Shown here: positions 1 to 12,101 of the stretch, one piece after another
Position numbering within the stretch: the stretch's first letter is position 1
Layout of the letters: each line of letters opens with the position of its first letter
Position numbers and translations under genes: made by a program
Assembly: GCA_951406725.2 (NCBI GenBank)
Contig: OX597817.1
Location: 25,792,001-25,856,000 of the forward strand
Source: Octopus vulgaris
Lineage: Eukaryota
Length of the DNA stretch: 64,000 bases
Direction: 5' to 3'
The notes under the pieces: model-generated
Told to the model about the DNA's origin: nothing
Seen by the model: only the letters and a program-made list of their open reading frames with translations
Databases searched by the model: none

Positions 1-459
1 CAAATGTGAAATAGATGTCATAGCATTTCTCAACCAAGTAGAAGTGAGCTGAGTGATGTGTCTCTTTTGAAGAGCAGACGTATGTATGTAGCAAATTTTT
101 AAACTAATGAGCATCTGTTTTGGAGTTAATCAACTTAAGCTCGCTGCTACTGTTCCAGGTCTAATGAAGGAAATGGGGTTTATAATGTTGAACATCTATT
201 ATTAAAATTCAATTGCAGAGTGTGTTATAAATTAAATTCTTTTACATTAATTTAGTGTACAAATCAGTAAAATTTTGTGTGATATATTGATATATTCAAC
301 CTGTAGTATCAGTGAACAAGTTACAGATGTAAAATAAAAGAACTTGATAATTAGCACAATGTTATTGGAAAAAATACATAATGATGTTACTGTGGGTGTA
401 AAAATAAAGTAGAGCCAGTCACATTTGCTAGTAAGCATGTTTTAGCTAATTATTTAAGA

Positions 460-845
460 CTAGCAGTATCGCCTGGCGTTGCTCAGGTTTGTAAGGGAAA
501 TAACTATAAAGCATTTTTAGAGAGTTATAGCCAAAAAATAGCAAAAAAATGGAAAAAAATGATGGTAAATTTTTTTTTGGAGATTTAAAAAAGGTGGAGT
601 TGCGCCCCCTAGACAGTTTGTGGTTCGTGTTTCTGATTCTCGACCCCATGTCGAATTTATCGATTTTTTTCAGAACTGGGGAAACTTTTCAAAATTTTCG
701 CTGCGTTAGTTTTGAATTATGACATTGGGCTATGTGTGTGTCAAGTTTCATCAGAATCGGTTGAAAGCCGTGGTCAGGGTGAGGGTACAAGCAAACAGAC
801 ACACAGAAACACGCACAGACAAACTGCCGTTTATATATAGAGAGA
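460..845 (-). mobile_element. Non-autonomous Helitron (~386 bp)
   Basis: On the minus strand it starts TC (TCTCTCTATATATAAA) and ends with a GC hairpin (CCTGAGCAACGCCAGG) followed by CTAG. It is inserted between A and T with no TSD. It shares its 3' end with 53309-54949. Confidence 0.8.
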
Positions 846-939
846 TGTTTATGTACTCATTAGAAGACGTCAGCATCTTCTTAGGTCTCTCACATTTGAC
901 CCATCACAAGATCCAAAATAGGATGTCTTGAATGAGAGA

Positions 940-1075
940 GGGCTGCATCAGTACCAGAGTGAAGTAACATGAAATGAAGTACCTTGCCCAAGAGCACAAT
1001 GCATTGTCTATTCCATGAAGAAAACATTAAGCTTCATGACTAAGACAAAAGTCTCACCACTAGGCCACATACCTA
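940..1075 (-). mobile_element. Degenerate tRNA-derived SINE, family F head
   Basis: Resembles 27480-27626 (gagtgaagtaacatgaaatgaagtaccttgcccaagagcacaatgc). Confidence 0.5.
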
Positions 1076-1269
1076 CACATATAACCTTATTATTGTGCTT
1101 TGAATGGAAAAATGTTTACAGCCCAATTTCTGATCAAATCTCTTACCAAACAGCTGCAGCAAAGTAATTTCAGAGGCTCCAATTTGGTTGTAACTGTGTA
1201 AAAGATAAATAACTAGCAACAATGTAACAAGCAAATTTAGAACATAATTTGACAGTGACATATATTAAA

Positions 1270-1590
1270 TCATCATCATTCAACGTCCGCTTTCCATGCT
1301 AGCATGGGTTGGACGGTTCAACTGGGGTCTGGGGAGCCCGAAGGCTGCACCAGGCCAGTCAGATCTGGCAGTGATTCTACAGCTGGATGCCCTTCCTAAT
1401 GCCAACCACTCCGAGAGTGTAGTGGGTGATTTTATGTGCCACCGACACAGGTGCCAGACGAGGCTGGTGAACGGCCACGCTCAGATGGTGTTTTTATGTG
1501 CCACCGACACAGGTGCCAGATGAAGCTGGTGAACGGCCACGCTCGGCGAACGGCCACGCTCGGGCGAACGGCCACGCTCGGGCGAACAGG
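1270..1590 (-). mobile_element. RTE LINE 3' UTR fragment (family B), (CAT)n tail
   Basis: Has the catcatcattcaacgtccgctttccatgctagcatgggttggacgg motif shared with >10 copies. Contains internal ~63-bp and 17-18-bp tandem repeats. Confidence 0.75.
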
Positions 1591-2813
1591 TTGTAAAGGT
1601 TTAATAGTATTTGATACTTAATAGCTAATGCTTTATGCTTTTGTGTTTTTATACACATATATGAATGTTTTAACCTCATGCATGTCCTCGTTAATATCAC
1701 TTGAGCGAAAACAAAAGGGGAAAGAAAGAAAACTCTTTGTTTACATTCTCTGGTAAGCAAAATCTCATAGAGTTAGCTTTCAAAGTATCATAGGCAATGG
1801 AATGAAAAGCAAATACCTTGATAGGGAAAAATTAAGGGTTGGCACTGGGAAGAACGTTCAGCCACGGGAAATCTGTTTCAAATTTGTTTAACAATAACGA
1901 AATGTAAATGGACATTAAATCAAAGGAACTTTAAAAAAAAAACATAATAAAGTTACATAACATTGTGGTTTATCCTTATAATGACTATTATTAAAGCTTG
2001 TTGGTGCTACAAATATTACATTCTTACTGGTAGAAAACCAAAACATTAGAAGAAACAAGAGTGAGCTCTAATGATTCTTTACAGTGGAACCGAATTATTG
2101 CGTGCAAGAAAATATTACTAATGCTCATAAAGTGATGTAGTGTTTGTGTGTGTGTGTATGTGTGTGTGAAATGTAACTTTTGTACATCAAACATGCGTTG
2201 CATCTTGAATTAATCTGCAAAAGATCAATAAATAAGTTTTTCTACATAATGATGATTTATGAATTATGCGAGTGAAAGACCAGCTATACTCATAATGTTA
2301 ATGTCTAAGTTTGAATAACAATCCCAGATCATTCATTTCATTAGGATGGTAAAACAATGGTTTTTATAAAAGAACAAATAGAAAGCTAGTTTATCACTGA
2401 AAAATAACAACTGTGTAACATAACTACATTAAAATAAATACATGCTAAAGGAATTTCATTTAGATGTGATAGTTTGTTTCTGACTCAGTGTAAAGATCAC
2501 AATGTTATTATAAGTCCAGTGACTGGAAAAGCATAAGAGGGGTAGTCTTTTAATTCAGCTGTAGTGTTGTCTGCCTAATAACTGCATATTCGGACTGATA
2601 ATAGCATTGAAGTTTTACTTATCACTGTTTAGTGCTCCCACTCCATAATTCAATGTAAAGAATCATCACATTTTCATTTTCCTTCCACTTTTTAAATTCA
2701 TTTCAAAAGATTCTCCTTACATCTACAGTACCCAAATATGTTCACATATGCAGTCACAAGCACAATATTGCAATCAAATTTCACTTATTTGAAACTGAAA
2801 CTTAGAGAATGTT

Positions 2814-3042
2814 CTCTTTTACTCTTTTACTCTTTTACTTGTTTCAGTCATTTGGCTGTGGTCATGCTGGAGCACCACCTTTAGTTGAGCAAATTGACCC
2901 CAGGACTTATTTTTTGTAAGCCTAGTACTTATTCTATTGGTCTCTTTTGCCGAACCACTAAGTTATGGGGACGTAAAAACACCAGCATCAGTTGTCAAGT
3001 GATGTTGGGGTGACAAACACAGACACACAAACATATACACAC

Positions 3043-3095
<53 letters not shown>

Positions 3096-3268
3096 TACGA
3101 CAGTCTTCTTTCAGTTTCCATTTACCAAATCCACTGACAAGGCTTTGGTCGGCCGCCCGGGACTATAGTAGAAGACAGTTGCCCAAGGTGTCACACAGTG
3201 GGACTGAACCCAGAACCATGTGGTTCGTAAACAAGCTACTTACCAACCACACAGCCACTCCTACGCCT
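2814..3268 (-). mobile_element. tRNA-derived SINE family A, full length
   Basis: Minus-strand head AGGCGTAGGAGTGGCTGTGTGG (A box) and GGTTCAGTCCC (B box), internal (TA/CA) tract, and (GTAAAAGA)n tail. Confidence 0.85.
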
Positions 3269-4049
3269 ATGAGGAAATTATGGTTTGATCTATATTAGAG
3301 GTAGTGTTAATGTCCTGTTAGAAAAGTCAGAAAATTTATTTCTCCAATTTCCATGTAGACATATTCCCAGTTTAGCTCATAATGTTGAACATATTTAAGC
3401 GTTTCACTGAAGTATCTACACAGCAGCAAGGTATCTGCACAAAGCTATTTATCCACACTCAAGCTAACAATTTGCACGAACCACCCATATGTAAAGCTGT
3501 CCATGCAGATTTAATATACATATACAGGCAGACAGATCCATGCACTACTTTTTTTATCAGAAGTATTATATCTTGATATTATTGTTAATCAAATTTTTAA
3601 TGAAGTGAGAATGCTTTTTTGTTTATATTTCGATTAAATGAGATAAAGAATTATTCCTGTTCATGTAGTTGATGCCATCAGATTTGTTTTTATTACTGTT
3701 ATTATGTTCATCTTTATCCTGTGTTATACATAATCAATTATATTTGTCCAAATTTCCTTAAACAAAATTGGCGGTAAGTAGAGATGGTGGTGAAGATGCA
3801 AGAAGAGGAATGCTCAATAAAATATTAAGCCTGAATTACAATGCTAAGACAAGAGTCACCAAGATCAGCTTCTTATAGTAATTAGGAATTATCATGTTTT
3901 GGTCTTGATATATTTTTCTTCTTGCCCCCCCACCCCCTCCTTGTGATTCTAATGACAACTAATCAGTCAAACATCAGCTGGAAGTGGATTTATGGCAAAA
4001 ATTTCAAGTACCCTCTGAATCACTTTCTCTTTTTTTTCTTATATATAAT

Positions 4050-4120
4050 CATATACATGCATATAGATAAACACAACAGATGCACACATAAATATATACA
4101 AATATATAAACACCTTTATA

Positions 4121-4160
<40 letters not shown>

Positions 4161-4207
4161 CATACACATATACATAAATATATATATATATATATATGTA
4201 TGTATAT

Positions 4208-4241
<34 letters not shown>

Positions 4242-4400
4242 ACATATACATAAATATATATATACATATATATACATATGAATATACGCATATATATACA
4301 TACATATATACATGCATGTATATATATACATATACATATACACACATATATATATATACACACACATATATATATATATACACATATATACATATATATA

Positions 4401-4439
<39 letters not shown>

Positions 4440-4445
4440 TTATAA
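4050..4445. repeat. Compound (TA)n/(CA)n microsatellite
   Basis: Directly visible. It is the source of the IYIY-rich ORFs. Confidence 0.95.
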
Positions 4446-4899
4446 GTGCATATTTAGTATTAATCACTATGGAGCTGAAGCAATCAAATTAGACAGAAAA
4501 CAAGCACTTGTTGAGACATGCTGGTAGATTCATTTAGATATTTAATTTCTCTTTTTTTTTTAGATATACACATGCATTAAATATTTATGCACATTAATGC
4601 ATATGTATGGCTATGTATATATATATATATGTGTATGTTTATGTGTATGCATGTATGTGTGCGTGTGTATTCTTTAAGACAGAATAGATGGATATGTTGG
4701 TTAGGTGGTTAAAGATGATTGATAATATTTAGGCCAGTGTAAGTGTAAGAAGATTGCAAAAATCATGCACCAACTGATGGCCTTGTTGTTTTACAGTTTA
4801 TAGTTTCCTCTTTTCATATTTAGGCTCAAGTCCTGTCAGTGCCTTCTTCTGCAAATAAAGTTCTTGATGTGATAAAAAGTTGAAATTTTTGTGTTCAGT

Positions 4900-4937
<38 letters not shown>

Positions 4938-4941
<4 letters not shown>

Positions 4942-5129
4942 TGATCAAAATAAAAACATGATTCGAAGGATTCAGCGGTACATATGTTTCGGGCCTTTAT
5001 TAGACAGATTTATAACTATGCATAATGTATGTCTGTGGCATCATGTTTTTATTTTGATCAATTTACTCCACCACCTACACCACCAAACGGTATACACAGG
5101 TGCTTATAATTATCAAGTACTCACCCCGA

Positions 5130-5134
<5 letters not shown>
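4938..5134. mobile_element. Putative truncated Penelope-like pLTR with short inverted copy, in (TA)n
   Basis: 4938-4962 is the reverse complement of 5040-5064, followed by a one-sided tail to 5134. The minus strand has GAAA-CATATG-TA (3' half of a hammerhead) at 4990-4979. TA tracts flank both sides. Confidence 0.5.
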
Positions 5135-5165
<31 letters not shown>

Positions 5166-6264
5166 GCATATATACATATATGTACATACTTACATATATA
5201 TGTATATACATACGCACACAGGGGCACAGGACGTCACAGAACGCAAACAACATGAAATATGAAATACAAACATTTTTTGCAAACAACAAAAGAAACAAAT
5301 GGAAAACAAGACAAGCAACAAGACATGCAACATAAAGAACGACCCTTCATCAGTTGTCGGCTGTTTTTCTACTCTGTATTTCGAGCAATTGCTTTCAAGT
5401 AATTGTTTGCAAAAAAAAGTTTGTATTCCATGTTTTTGTATTTCATAATGTCAAAGCTACAATTCATTTTATTATAATTATTCTCAATATGAACTGATGT
5501 GAGGCTCAGCAACAGCAACTATATTAACATTAACAGTCACAACAAAATAATGTTCTTTAACTACCAATCATATACTCATGTCCTCAAATTTGTGAATGGA
5601 GTGTAATCAGTTACAAAACCAAGAAATTGACTGGTACTTTATTTGATCAATCTTTGGAGTCTGAATGGTAAAGCTAACCTCACTTGACTTCAACTCAATC
5701 AAATAAATGTAAAGATATAAAATCTTTTTAGCAACTTTTGAGTAGGTATTACTGAAACTTTTACACCTTCTGACAAATACGTGTTAATGTTTGGAAAATT
5801 TCGTTTTGGGATTTGGTTTGCAAGATTCTTTATATGAGTTCGTGTGTTGAAGCATATTCTGTTGTGTCTGGGGAGAGTCATTTTCTTTTAATGTAACACA
5901 CTCACCAATAAAATTTCCACTTCTTTCTTATTTTTATTTTCCTAAAAGTTTCGTTGTGTCTTGCGACCTTTTCAATAGTCTTGACTATTGGAAAATTTTA
6001 ATATACAAAAGAACTAAATTCATAGAGGAGTAAGAAATGGTCATCATACTTCAGTACTCAGGATAGAAAAACCACTATTTAAAGTTTCCTATGGATATTT
6101 GTGAATTGTATTCATAAAGTATGTATTGTTTTAGCTCCATTCAAATCATCGAGCAGAGAATATAATAAGTGTGTATGTATGCACATATATATATATATAT
6201 ATACCTCTGTGTGTATGTACATATATGTATGTATTTATTTGTGTATGTATATATATATATATAT

Positions 6265-6564
6265 TAATAATATCAGGGTAATAAAGATTTTAGAAATTTA
6301 TACTACTAGTGGCCTAGCTTATAGAAAAATTAGTCCATAGACTATATATTATTCATATAAAATACAGTGTACATTTAAACACATTAAGAGGTTTCCATCA
6401 TAGGAATCCCTTACGCTAGAAAGAACAGCAAAAGTCCAATTCCCTTCGAGAATTTATCCCTAATTAGTGGTTTGGACTTTAGCTGTTCTATCTAACGTAA
6501 TGGATTTCTATGATGGAATGATGGAAACTGCTTAATGTGTTTAAATGTACACTGTATTTCATAT
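6265..6564. mobile_element. Inverted-repeat element with one-sided tail, next to (TA)n (Penelope-like pLTR architecture)
   Basis: Arms are ~6355-6439 and ~6472-6564. The tail 6265-6355 resembles 41050-41165 and 41940-42050 (taatttttct..gctag(g/a)ccact..ttaccct). Confidence 0.55.
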
Positions 6565-6888
6565 ATATTTGTGCATTATCCTTTAACGTTCATGTTACAT
6601 TCTGGTATAGGTTGGACAATTTGACAGGATCCAATACATCTAAGAATAATATCATGCTCCAGTGTCCTTCCTAATACAAACCTTTTCACAGTGTACTGAC
6701 AACTTCTTTCATGACACCAGCACTAGTGAAGACATCATGCACTTTGTGAGACTAGGATAATTTTTTACTCAAAGTGACTATAGTAGATAGGTATTTTGCT
6801 TCATGTTAGGAAATGAGATAATAAATTGATATATATGTTTGTGTGAGTGTGTATAACATTCAAAATTTAGGGCAGAAATGAAATTGAA

Positions 6889-7483
6889 AACAAGAGCACT
6901 CAGAGAGTGCAAACCTCTTCCAAGGCAACACCAATGTCCACTCAACAATTAGCCAGAGAGGATTTTCAATACTCTTTTACTCTTTTACTCTTTTACTTGT
7001 TTCAGTCCTTTGACTGTGGCCATGCTGGAGCACCTCCTTTAGTCGAGCAAATCGACTCCAAGACTTATTCTTTGTAAGCCCAGTACTTATTCTATGGGTC
7101 TCTTTTGTCAAACCACTAAGTGACGGGGACATAAACACACCAGCATCAGTTGTCAAGCAATGCTAGGGGGACAAACACAGACAAACAAACAAACAATATA
7201 AGAATATCTGAAATAAACTTGACTGCTCTCACAAATGAGAATACTAAAACTGAACCCAACCACTCCCAAAAATAAAGTAAAAAAAAACAACAGAAAAATA
7301 AACCAGAATCCTTGTTTGGCATCGGATCAATCCAAAAATCTAATCAGTTTGTGCCAGTCATGAGGCCAAACATCTCTGAAAGTTTCCCTTGAACCCATTC
7401 AGCTGTTCCTGAGATTTCTTGTCCATGGACAAACAAACAAACAAACATGACTGAAAACAATGCCTTCGCTAAGGTGAAGATAA
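6889..7483 (+). mobile_element. HINE/DINE-1-like (Helentron-associated) non-autonomous element, interrupted by a SINE
   Basis: Starts acaagagcactcagagagtgcaaacctcttccaaggc. Has a (CAAA)n microsatellite near the 3' end and a terminal palindromic remnant (gccttcgctaaggt). Confidence 0.5.
6971..7195 (-). mobile_element. SINE family A, 3' half
   Basis: Tail and body match 2814-3040. Confidence 0.8.
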
Positions 7484-7991
7484 TAAAGTGCTATTATTTG
7501 TTTGATGCTTGATGAGAAATGAAGGCAAAAGTGTCTTTAACATTTCAAGGTTTAGCACATCTTTAGAATGTTAGTCTGAGAAGGAAAATGTCTAGATGAA
7601 GGAGAGGAAATGGAAATAATGGATAAATACGTGTTGTCGTATTTTTTTTCTTTTCCACATAGTAACTCACTTGGTTTCAGGGAGTATCTTGAGTTTTGTG
7701 TTGATGTAAAGATATATTTCTGGTAAAACCTGGATCTCATAGACTTTCTATCTTCAGGTTGTTTCTCTGCATGTTATGTAATGTCTAATAATAAGAAAGT
7801 GTGAAATCATGTGAAAATGCAGTATCTGTGAGCAAAGACAAATATTTACATAAACTTCCTTGGATTGTCAATATTTGTTAAAACTATATAAAATGTTAAA
7901 GTTTGTCTTTAGTAATTTCAATAGGAATGTTGTTATAATGGTCTTTGGAATACCTATAAATGTTCATTTTAGAAGTGCTTCTCGATGTTAA

Positions 7992-8215
7992 CCCTTTCGT
8001 TACCAACTTGGCTGAAACCAACTCTGGTTCTGAAGTACAAATGTTTTGTTTGCATAAGTTTTAAATTAAAATCTTTCACAAAAAAACCTTAGTCACAATT
8101 TATGTTCCTAGCATTAGCTTAAAGATAATGAAGTTATTTTACAAAATTTTTTGGTATATTTAAAATACTTGAAAGAAATAAAGAGCATCTCAAAATAAAT
8201 GCGGTAACAAAAGGG
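7992..8215. mobile_element. piggyBac-like MITE
   Basis: TTAA|CCCTTTCGTTACC ... GGTAACAAAAGGG|TTAC terminal inverted repeats. An inverted sister copy lies at 56866-57087. Confidence 0.75.
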
Positions 8216-8309
8216 TTACATCGATATACATGCCGTTGTTTAAAATATTTGCAAGACCTTCAAAGAATAACTGTATATACGTGTATATACGTGCTATTGC
8301 CTGTGTATT

Positions 8310-9330
8310 CATCACCATCATCATCGTCATCATCATCATCCATGCTGGCATGGGTTGGATGGTTTAGACAGCTGAAGAGTTGCCCAAGCTCTGTGTCTGT
8401 TCTGGCATGGTTTCTAACACCAACCAATTTACAGTGTACTGGGTGCCATTATGTAGCACCAGAACAGGTGCTTTTATGTGGCTCTGGCAAGGGTGTTTTG
8501 TTATGTGGTACTAGCACCAAAGAGCCCACAAGATTAGGATCCCTCATCTGATGAGGGATGTAGGGGACATGCCTGTATGCAAGGACAATCACAATTTTAT
8601 TTAGCTTGATACGTCTTTTCAAACACAGCAAACCAGAAGTCTTGGTCTCCAAGCCTGATGTCTGGAGATTCTTTGTCAACACTTGTCCAACGTCTTCCTG
8701 AGTCTACCCCTTCCACATTTTCCCTCAACAATTAGAGATTCTCATTTCTTTATGCAGCTGTCCTCATCCATACACATTACATGACCATACCAGCACAATC
8801 TCCTTTCTTGAACACTACATCTAATGCTCTGTATACTCAGTTTTTCTCTCAGATCACTTACACTCTGTCTCATATGCATACTGACATAACTCATCCATTG
8901 GCACATGCTGGCTTTATTTCTTTCAAGCCTTTGCATTTCCTCAGTAGTCACAACCCATGTCTCTTTGCCATGTACCAGAGCTGTCCATACACAGTCATCA
9001 AACAATCTGCCTTTCACTCTCAGAGAGAAACCATTTGTTACTAACAAAAGTAGTAGCTCTCTGAACTTTGCCCAGCCTGTTCTTATTCTAGCAGCTATGC
9101 TTTCAGAACAACTTCCACCAATGTTAACTTGGTCACCTAAGTAATGGAAACTGTCTACTAATTCTAAGAACTGCTCTTCTGACATTTAAGGGAATCCGCT
9201 TTTTGTACGTTCCTGGTGTTTAATGTACCTGCACATCTGCCAATGTAAAGACCACTTTCTCTGTTACCATTGCACCTCTTATGTGTCCATTACTTGCACT
9301 GGATACACTATGTAGAGTTTCTACTGACCT
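8310..9330 (-). mobile_element. 5'-truncated RTE-clade LINE (RT C-terminus plus 3' UTR), degenerate
   Basis: ORF 8742-9185 has FHYLGDQV, RIRTGWAKFREL, VKGRLF, HGKETW and RRLCWYGHV, typical of RTE ORF2. It continues into a family B-like 3' UTR ending in (GAT)n. Confidence 0.85.
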
Positions 9331-9800
9331 GTATGGACTTTCTACCAACCAAAAGAAGAAAGATGTGCCCAGTTGGATCCAAGTGGTGTGGTATTAGCGG
9401 TATTTTCCTAATGAACAGGATAAACTTATCTTTGTGAATATGCCCTTTCTTAAGATTAATTTTCAGTGCTAGTCACTTTAAGCAAGATGTGTGTTTTTCC
9501 TTTATTTAAATACTGCTTTACTTCTTTCCATTTATGTGTGGGTTCAGCCTTTTGAAGAAAATCACTTTCATGATGTAATCAGTGTTGCAGCCTCTCTTTT
9601 TCTGCTTGTTATTTGCTAATGCTAAGGAATTACTTTCTTGGTGTTAAGGTTTATAGCAACTTTTCTCACCTTATATTCCATAAGCTTATAACTCATAATT
9701 TACTAACTGAATACTTTAAAGTGGGCAATAATTTCAAATAAACCTATATTTTTCGCTGCAGTACAGAAATTGATGTATTTATATCAAATTTAAGCTTTGT

Positions 9801-9962
9801 AGGCATAGGAGTGGCTGTGTGGTAAGTAGCTTGCTTACCAACAACATGGTTCTGGGTTCAGTCCCACTGTGTGGCACCTTGGACAAGTGTCTTCTACTAT
9901 AGCCTTGGGCTGACCAAAGCCTTGTGAGTGGATTTGGTTGATGGAAACTGAAAGAAGCCCGT

Positions 9963-10024
<62 letters not shown>

Positions 10025-10237
10025 GCTTGTGTATCTGTGTTTGTCCACCCCAACATCACTTGACAATCGATGCTGGTGTGTTTATGTCCCCGTAACTTAG
10101 CAGTTCGGCAAAAGAGACCGAAAGAATAAGTACTAGGCTTACAAAGAATAAGTCCTGGGGTCGATTTGCTCGACTAATGGTGGTGCTCCATCATGGCCAC
10201 AGTCAAATGACTGAAACGAGTAAAAGAGTAAAAGAGT
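9801..10237 (+). mobile_element. SINE family A, full length
   Basis: Head aggcataggagtggctgtgtggtaag, B box gggttcagtccc, tail gtaaaagagtaaaagagt. Confidence 0.85.
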
Positions 10238-10424
10238 GTAGGTGTCTATATTTAAAAAAAAACAAAAAACAACAACAGATGTTGGTAGCTGTTATCTCCA
10301 AGTGGGCTTTGGTCAGGTAAACCTGTGATCAAAATCGTTCAAGCTGTGACTCTTCCATCTCTTTTTTCCAGCACTGCATCCTTTAAATTCCATTATTCAA
10401 TGTGAATTTATTTTTAGAGTGCTA

Positions 10425-10713
10425 CGAAACTTCAGTTTGACTCGTGGCCGATGCCAGCGCCGCCTCGACCGTCCTCCGTGCCGGTGGCACGTAATATACA
10501 CCAATCCAACCGTGGCCGTTGCCAGCCTCGCCTGGCACCTGTGCAGGTGGCACGTGAAAAGCACCCACTACACTCACGGAGTGGTTGGCGTTAGGAAGGG
10601 CATCCAGCTGTAGAAACATTGCCAGATAAGACTGGAGCCTGGTGCAGACTCCTGGCTTCCCAGATCCCCGGTCGAACCGTCCAACCCATGCTAGCATGGA
10701 GAACGGACGTTAA

Positions 10714-10750
<37 letters not shown>
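10425..10750 (+). mobile_element. RTE 3' UTR fragment (family B)
   Basis: Has gtgccggtggcac repeats and ends ggacgttaaa(tga)n. Confidence 0.8.
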
Positions 10751-10751
<1 letters not shown>

Positions 10752-11539
10752 GGCTGTGGTTTCAGTGGGAGCTTTGATAGTTATTTCTCATAGTGTGTGG
10801 GCCTTGTTAATAATTCTCCTTTTCTTTCATTGCTTTTGTTACTATTGTTCCTTTGTGACCAGTCTAGTTCATTTTCATGTACTTTTAAACATGTTTGTAT
10901 GAAATACACCACCTCATCACTTTGCTAGTTAATGGAGCTTACTTCTGGTAAGCTATTTTATCAATTACATACGACTGAAAGTCAAAACCAATCTGAGTAG
11001 GATTAGCACAGAAATACTAAATAGATCATCATATATTTAGTCAATGTCCTGCCACAGAGATGAAGATCTATATTTATATCATTCAATGTTCGATCTAGTT
11101 GAAGTTTAAAATTTGGTTAGCTAAGCTATGGCAACGATTTATAGATTCTAGACTGTGACATGAGTATAATATTGGAATTTATAGATTAGTCACCTGACTC
11201 ACAAAAACCAGCACTCCCCACCACTAAAACAAATCTCTTCTGATTCAAGATATACAGCGTAAACAGCCTTCATAGACAGGTTCCTGGGAATGAATCTGAT
11301 TTATTGTATGTAGGAGATTTCAAGGCAATATTAGAATTCTTTGAGCAGCTCATATAGCTTAACCAATGATTAATATATAACAACCATAGATGGATTCTAA
11401 AGTGAATCAACAAGAAGCATCAGGTTGTGACCCCCAAAAAATAAAATTCATAACAAAAACACAAAAACAAACAGATTTTCAAGTACCCTTTAGAGATTTG
11501 GAATCTGATCAAAATTGAAGAATTATCCATTCATAATAT

Positions 11540-11750
11540 TGCTTTCAAGTTTTGGCACAAGGCCTGCAATTTCAGAGATAGATTGATTTAATCAACTTCA
11601 ATACTCAACTGGTATTTATTCTATTGAGCCCAAAGGGATGAAGTGCAAAGGTGACCAAATTGGAATTTGAACTTAGAATATAAAGATGGACAAAATGCTT
11701 CTAAACATTTTACCCAGTGTGCAAATGATTCTACCAGCTTACCACTTTAT
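11540..11750 (-). mobile_element. SINE family C, degenerate
   Basis: Reverse-complement similarity to 14219-14450. Confidence 0.65.
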
Positions 11751-11887
11751 TCAGCCATAGTATTACAATACTAGTTTAAAATGGAAGTAATGAAAAATAT
11801 ATCAAGAAAAATACATCAACTGTTTTTATAATATTACTTCGTACATAAAATATCACATTACCAATAGATTTATACAGTATGAAATAT

Positions 11888-12101
11888 TCTTTTCTACTCT
11901 AGGCACAAGGCCAGAAATTTTAGGGGAGGGATCAGTCAATTAGATTGACTCCAGTACACAACTGATACTTAATTTATCGACCCCAAAAAGATGAAAAGCA
12001 AAGTTGACCTTGGCAGAATTTGAACTCAGAATGTAAAGACAAACAAAATACCACAAGGCATTTCACCTGGCATGCTGACATTTCTACCAGCTCACCGCCT
12101 T
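11888..12101 (-). mobile_element. SINE family C
   Basis: tttatcgaccccaaaaagatgaaaagcaaagttgacc...ccagctcaccgcct is the reverse complement of the family C body and head. Confidence 0.75.

Noticed and set aside
1296-1523. Recurrent ORFs containing LQLDALPNANHS or YQIHSQGFG / RLPNPLTRLW
   Set aside because: They are readings, mostly antisense, of the non-coding RTE 3' UTR and SINE family A, not a gene family.
1420-1590. Short GC-rich direct repeats resembling a CRISPR array
   Set aside because: The units are tandem with no unique spacers, there are no cas genes, and the context is a eukaryotic retroelement.
3922-4527. Many overlapping ORFs rich in I/Y/C/V/H/T (also ~25.9, 31.6, 37.1, 48.4 and 49.2 kb)
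   Set aside because: They are translations of (TA)n/(CA)n microsatellites, which lack stop codons.
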